A DNA stretch of 63,799 bases, filler included, from Octopus bimaculoides (Eukaryota): NCBI RefSeq assembly GCF_001194135.2. It is 7 parts of 7 records of this genome, joined end to end, with 100 filler letters (N's around TTAATTAATTAA, not from the genome) between each part and the next. Parts side by side here need not be neighbours in the genome. Positions count along the whole stretch, not along the records: positions 58,395 to 62,134 come from NW_026360346.1; positions 62,235 to 63,799 come from NC_068981.1; 5 more parts are not named here. One strand, 5' to 3'. The position numbers and the translations under genes are program-made. This document shows positions 62,101 through 63,799 of the stretch, piece after piece. Each line of letters opens with the position of its first letter. Positions within the stretch are counted from its first letter, which is position 1. The notes under the pieces were generated by a model, which saw only the letters and a list, made by a program, of their open reading frames with translations, was not told the DNA's origin and did no database searches.

Positions 62101-62134
<34 letters not shown>

Positions 62135-62259
62135 NNNNNNNNNNNNNNNNNNNNNNNNNNNNNNNNNNNNNNNNNNNNTTAATTAATTAANNNNNNNNNN
62201 NNNNNNNNNNNNNNNNNNNNNNNNNNNNNNNNNNCACATCCCAACACCACCACACCACC

Positions 62260-62350
62260 CACCATACCACATAACACCACACCACATAACACCACACCAC
62301 ATAACACCACACCACATAACACCACACCACATAACACCACACCACATCAC
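62260..62350. repeat. 15-bp minisatellite (ATAACACCACACCAC)n, about 6 units
   Basis: Directly visible. Confidence 0.9.
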
Positions 62351-62584
62351 ACCACCATGCACACACTAGCACTGACTACTTCCTACTTCCCAGCACCCAC
62401 ACCATCATCCACACACGTACACGTCAAGATCACCAGCTTTCTTCCACATGCACATACATGCTCTTTTATACACATGCACGCGCACCTTCGTTTTGGGATC
62501 ACCACTACTTTATTATCTCCCCTTCTTCCTAGCTCTCCTGTGTGAGCCTTCTGTCCGGCATTCGCTATGATAGATCGCTAGCCA

Positions 62585-62760
62585 CTATACATTCTTTATT
62601 TTCGCTCCCTGTTTTTTTTTTCTGTGTTCCTTTCTGTAGAAGAGCATAGGCTCGAAACGTTAAAGACTTTTTCACTTCCCGAGCGTTAAACTAATGCATC
62701 TTTTTGTTGTCTACACCACCTGTCTTTGTCTTTTGTTTTTGTGAATTCTCCCCCTATACA
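62585..62760 (+). mobile_element. Penelope-pLTR/retrozyme-like element, divergent copy 3 (hammerhead motif at 62630-62666)
   Basis: CCTTT-CTGTAGA-A-GAGC-ATAG-GCTC-GAAAC-GTT^AAAGAC...CCCGAGCGT...TACACCACCTGTC...TTCTCCCCC, then (TA)-rich sequence. Confidence 0.75.
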
Positions 62761-63344
62761 TATATATATGCATATATATATATACATGTATATATACACA
62801 TATATATACACATATACATATATGCACACACATATATATATACATATATATACATACATATTCATATATATGTGTATATATATACACATATCTACTGCAT
62901 ATGTGGTTAATTCTGTCAGTGGGTGAGTGTATGGAGTTGTTAGCTAACTCCTTCTGCATCGTTTTATCGATCTCGATGAAACCTGACACGTAAGTAGAAT
63001 TCATATCAGGAAACCTCATGGCATACTTAGATTGTTGAAAATCGATAATAGAACCCCTGGAAGGGATCCTTCTTTATACCTAATATATTTTATTTTCAAA
63101 ATCGCTGTCCACTTCTCCTCCACCACCATCACCACCGTCTTTCACATCGCTTACTCTCACTGTCATCCCCGACCGCCTCGGCTACCACCACACCACCATC
63201 ATCACCGCCGCATCCGCCTCTATCACAACTACAGCACATACTGTTACTATCACCCCATTACCATCACAAAATGGCTGAATGGTGTGTATGGCAGATGTAG
63301 TGGTGATAGTGGTGGTACTGTTGTATATCATGTAGCTTTGCAAT

Positions 63345-63737
63345 TGTGGAGGCGCAATGGCCCAGTGGTTAGGGCAGCGGACTCGCGGTCATAAGATCGC
63401 GGTTTCGATTCCCAGACCGGGCGTTGTGAGTGTTTATTGAGTGAAAACACCTAAAGCTCCACGAGGCTCCGGCAGGCGATGGTGGCGAACCCTGCTGTAC
63501 TCTTCCACCACAACTTTCTCTCACTCTTTCTTCCTGTTCCTGTTGTGCCAACTTTCAATGGGTCAGCCTTGTCACACTGTGTCACGCTGAATATCCCCGA
63601 GGACTACGTTAAGGGTACACGTGTCTGTGGAGTGCTCAGCTACTTGCACGTTAATTTCACGAGCAGGCTGTTCCGTTGATCGGATCAACTGGAACCCTCG
63701 ACGTCGTAAGCGACGGAGTGCCAACAACAACAACAAC
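63345..63737 (+). mobile_element. SINE family C, full length (tRNA-Arg-like head, (CAA)n tail)
   Basis: GGAGGCGCAATGGCCCAGTGGTTAGGGCAGCGGACTCGCGGTC...GGTTTCGATTCC head. Ends GACGGAGTGCCAACAACAACAAC. Confidence 0.93.
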
Positions 63738-63799
63738 AGTTTTTCAATAAGTTCCAAATTATATCATGGTTTTGATTAAAATTGTTCATTGCTTGAAAA

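Noticed and set aside
62260-62350. Regularly spaced repeats as a CRISPR-like array
   Set aside because: It is a head-to-tail 15-bp minisatellite without unique spacers, in eukaryotic DNA with no cas genes.
63345-63420. tRNA-like sequences (also the heads of SINE-A and SINE-B)
   Set aside because: They continue into SINE bodies and lack a proper acceptor stem, so they are SINE heads rather than tRNA genes.

Overview
Eukaryotic, AT-rich, draft-assembly DNA with many N gaps. It is dominated by microsatellites and decayed transposable elements. The SINE families and repeat landscape suggest an octopus (coleoid cephalopod) scaffold; this is inference from recalled repeat sequences, not a database result. 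No intact long ORF and no confidently named host gene were found. Recognisable content: three tRNA-derived SINE families in many copies; LINE remnants of the R4/Dong, NeSL/R2-like, RTE (x3) and CR1/L2-like clades; several Tc1/mariner remnants and MITEs; a piggyBac-type MITE; Helitron Rep/helicase remnants and non-autonomous Helitrons. There are also three ~180-bp Penelope/retrozyme-like elements, each carrying a minimal type-I hammerhead ribozyme fold with a shared non-canonical core (CUGU[U/A]GA), which is the most interesting signal. Short candidate exons with good splice signals occur on both strands but could not be assigned to a known protein. Almost all ORFs in the supplied track are microsatellite or N-gap artefacts. 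All translations and alignments were done by eye.
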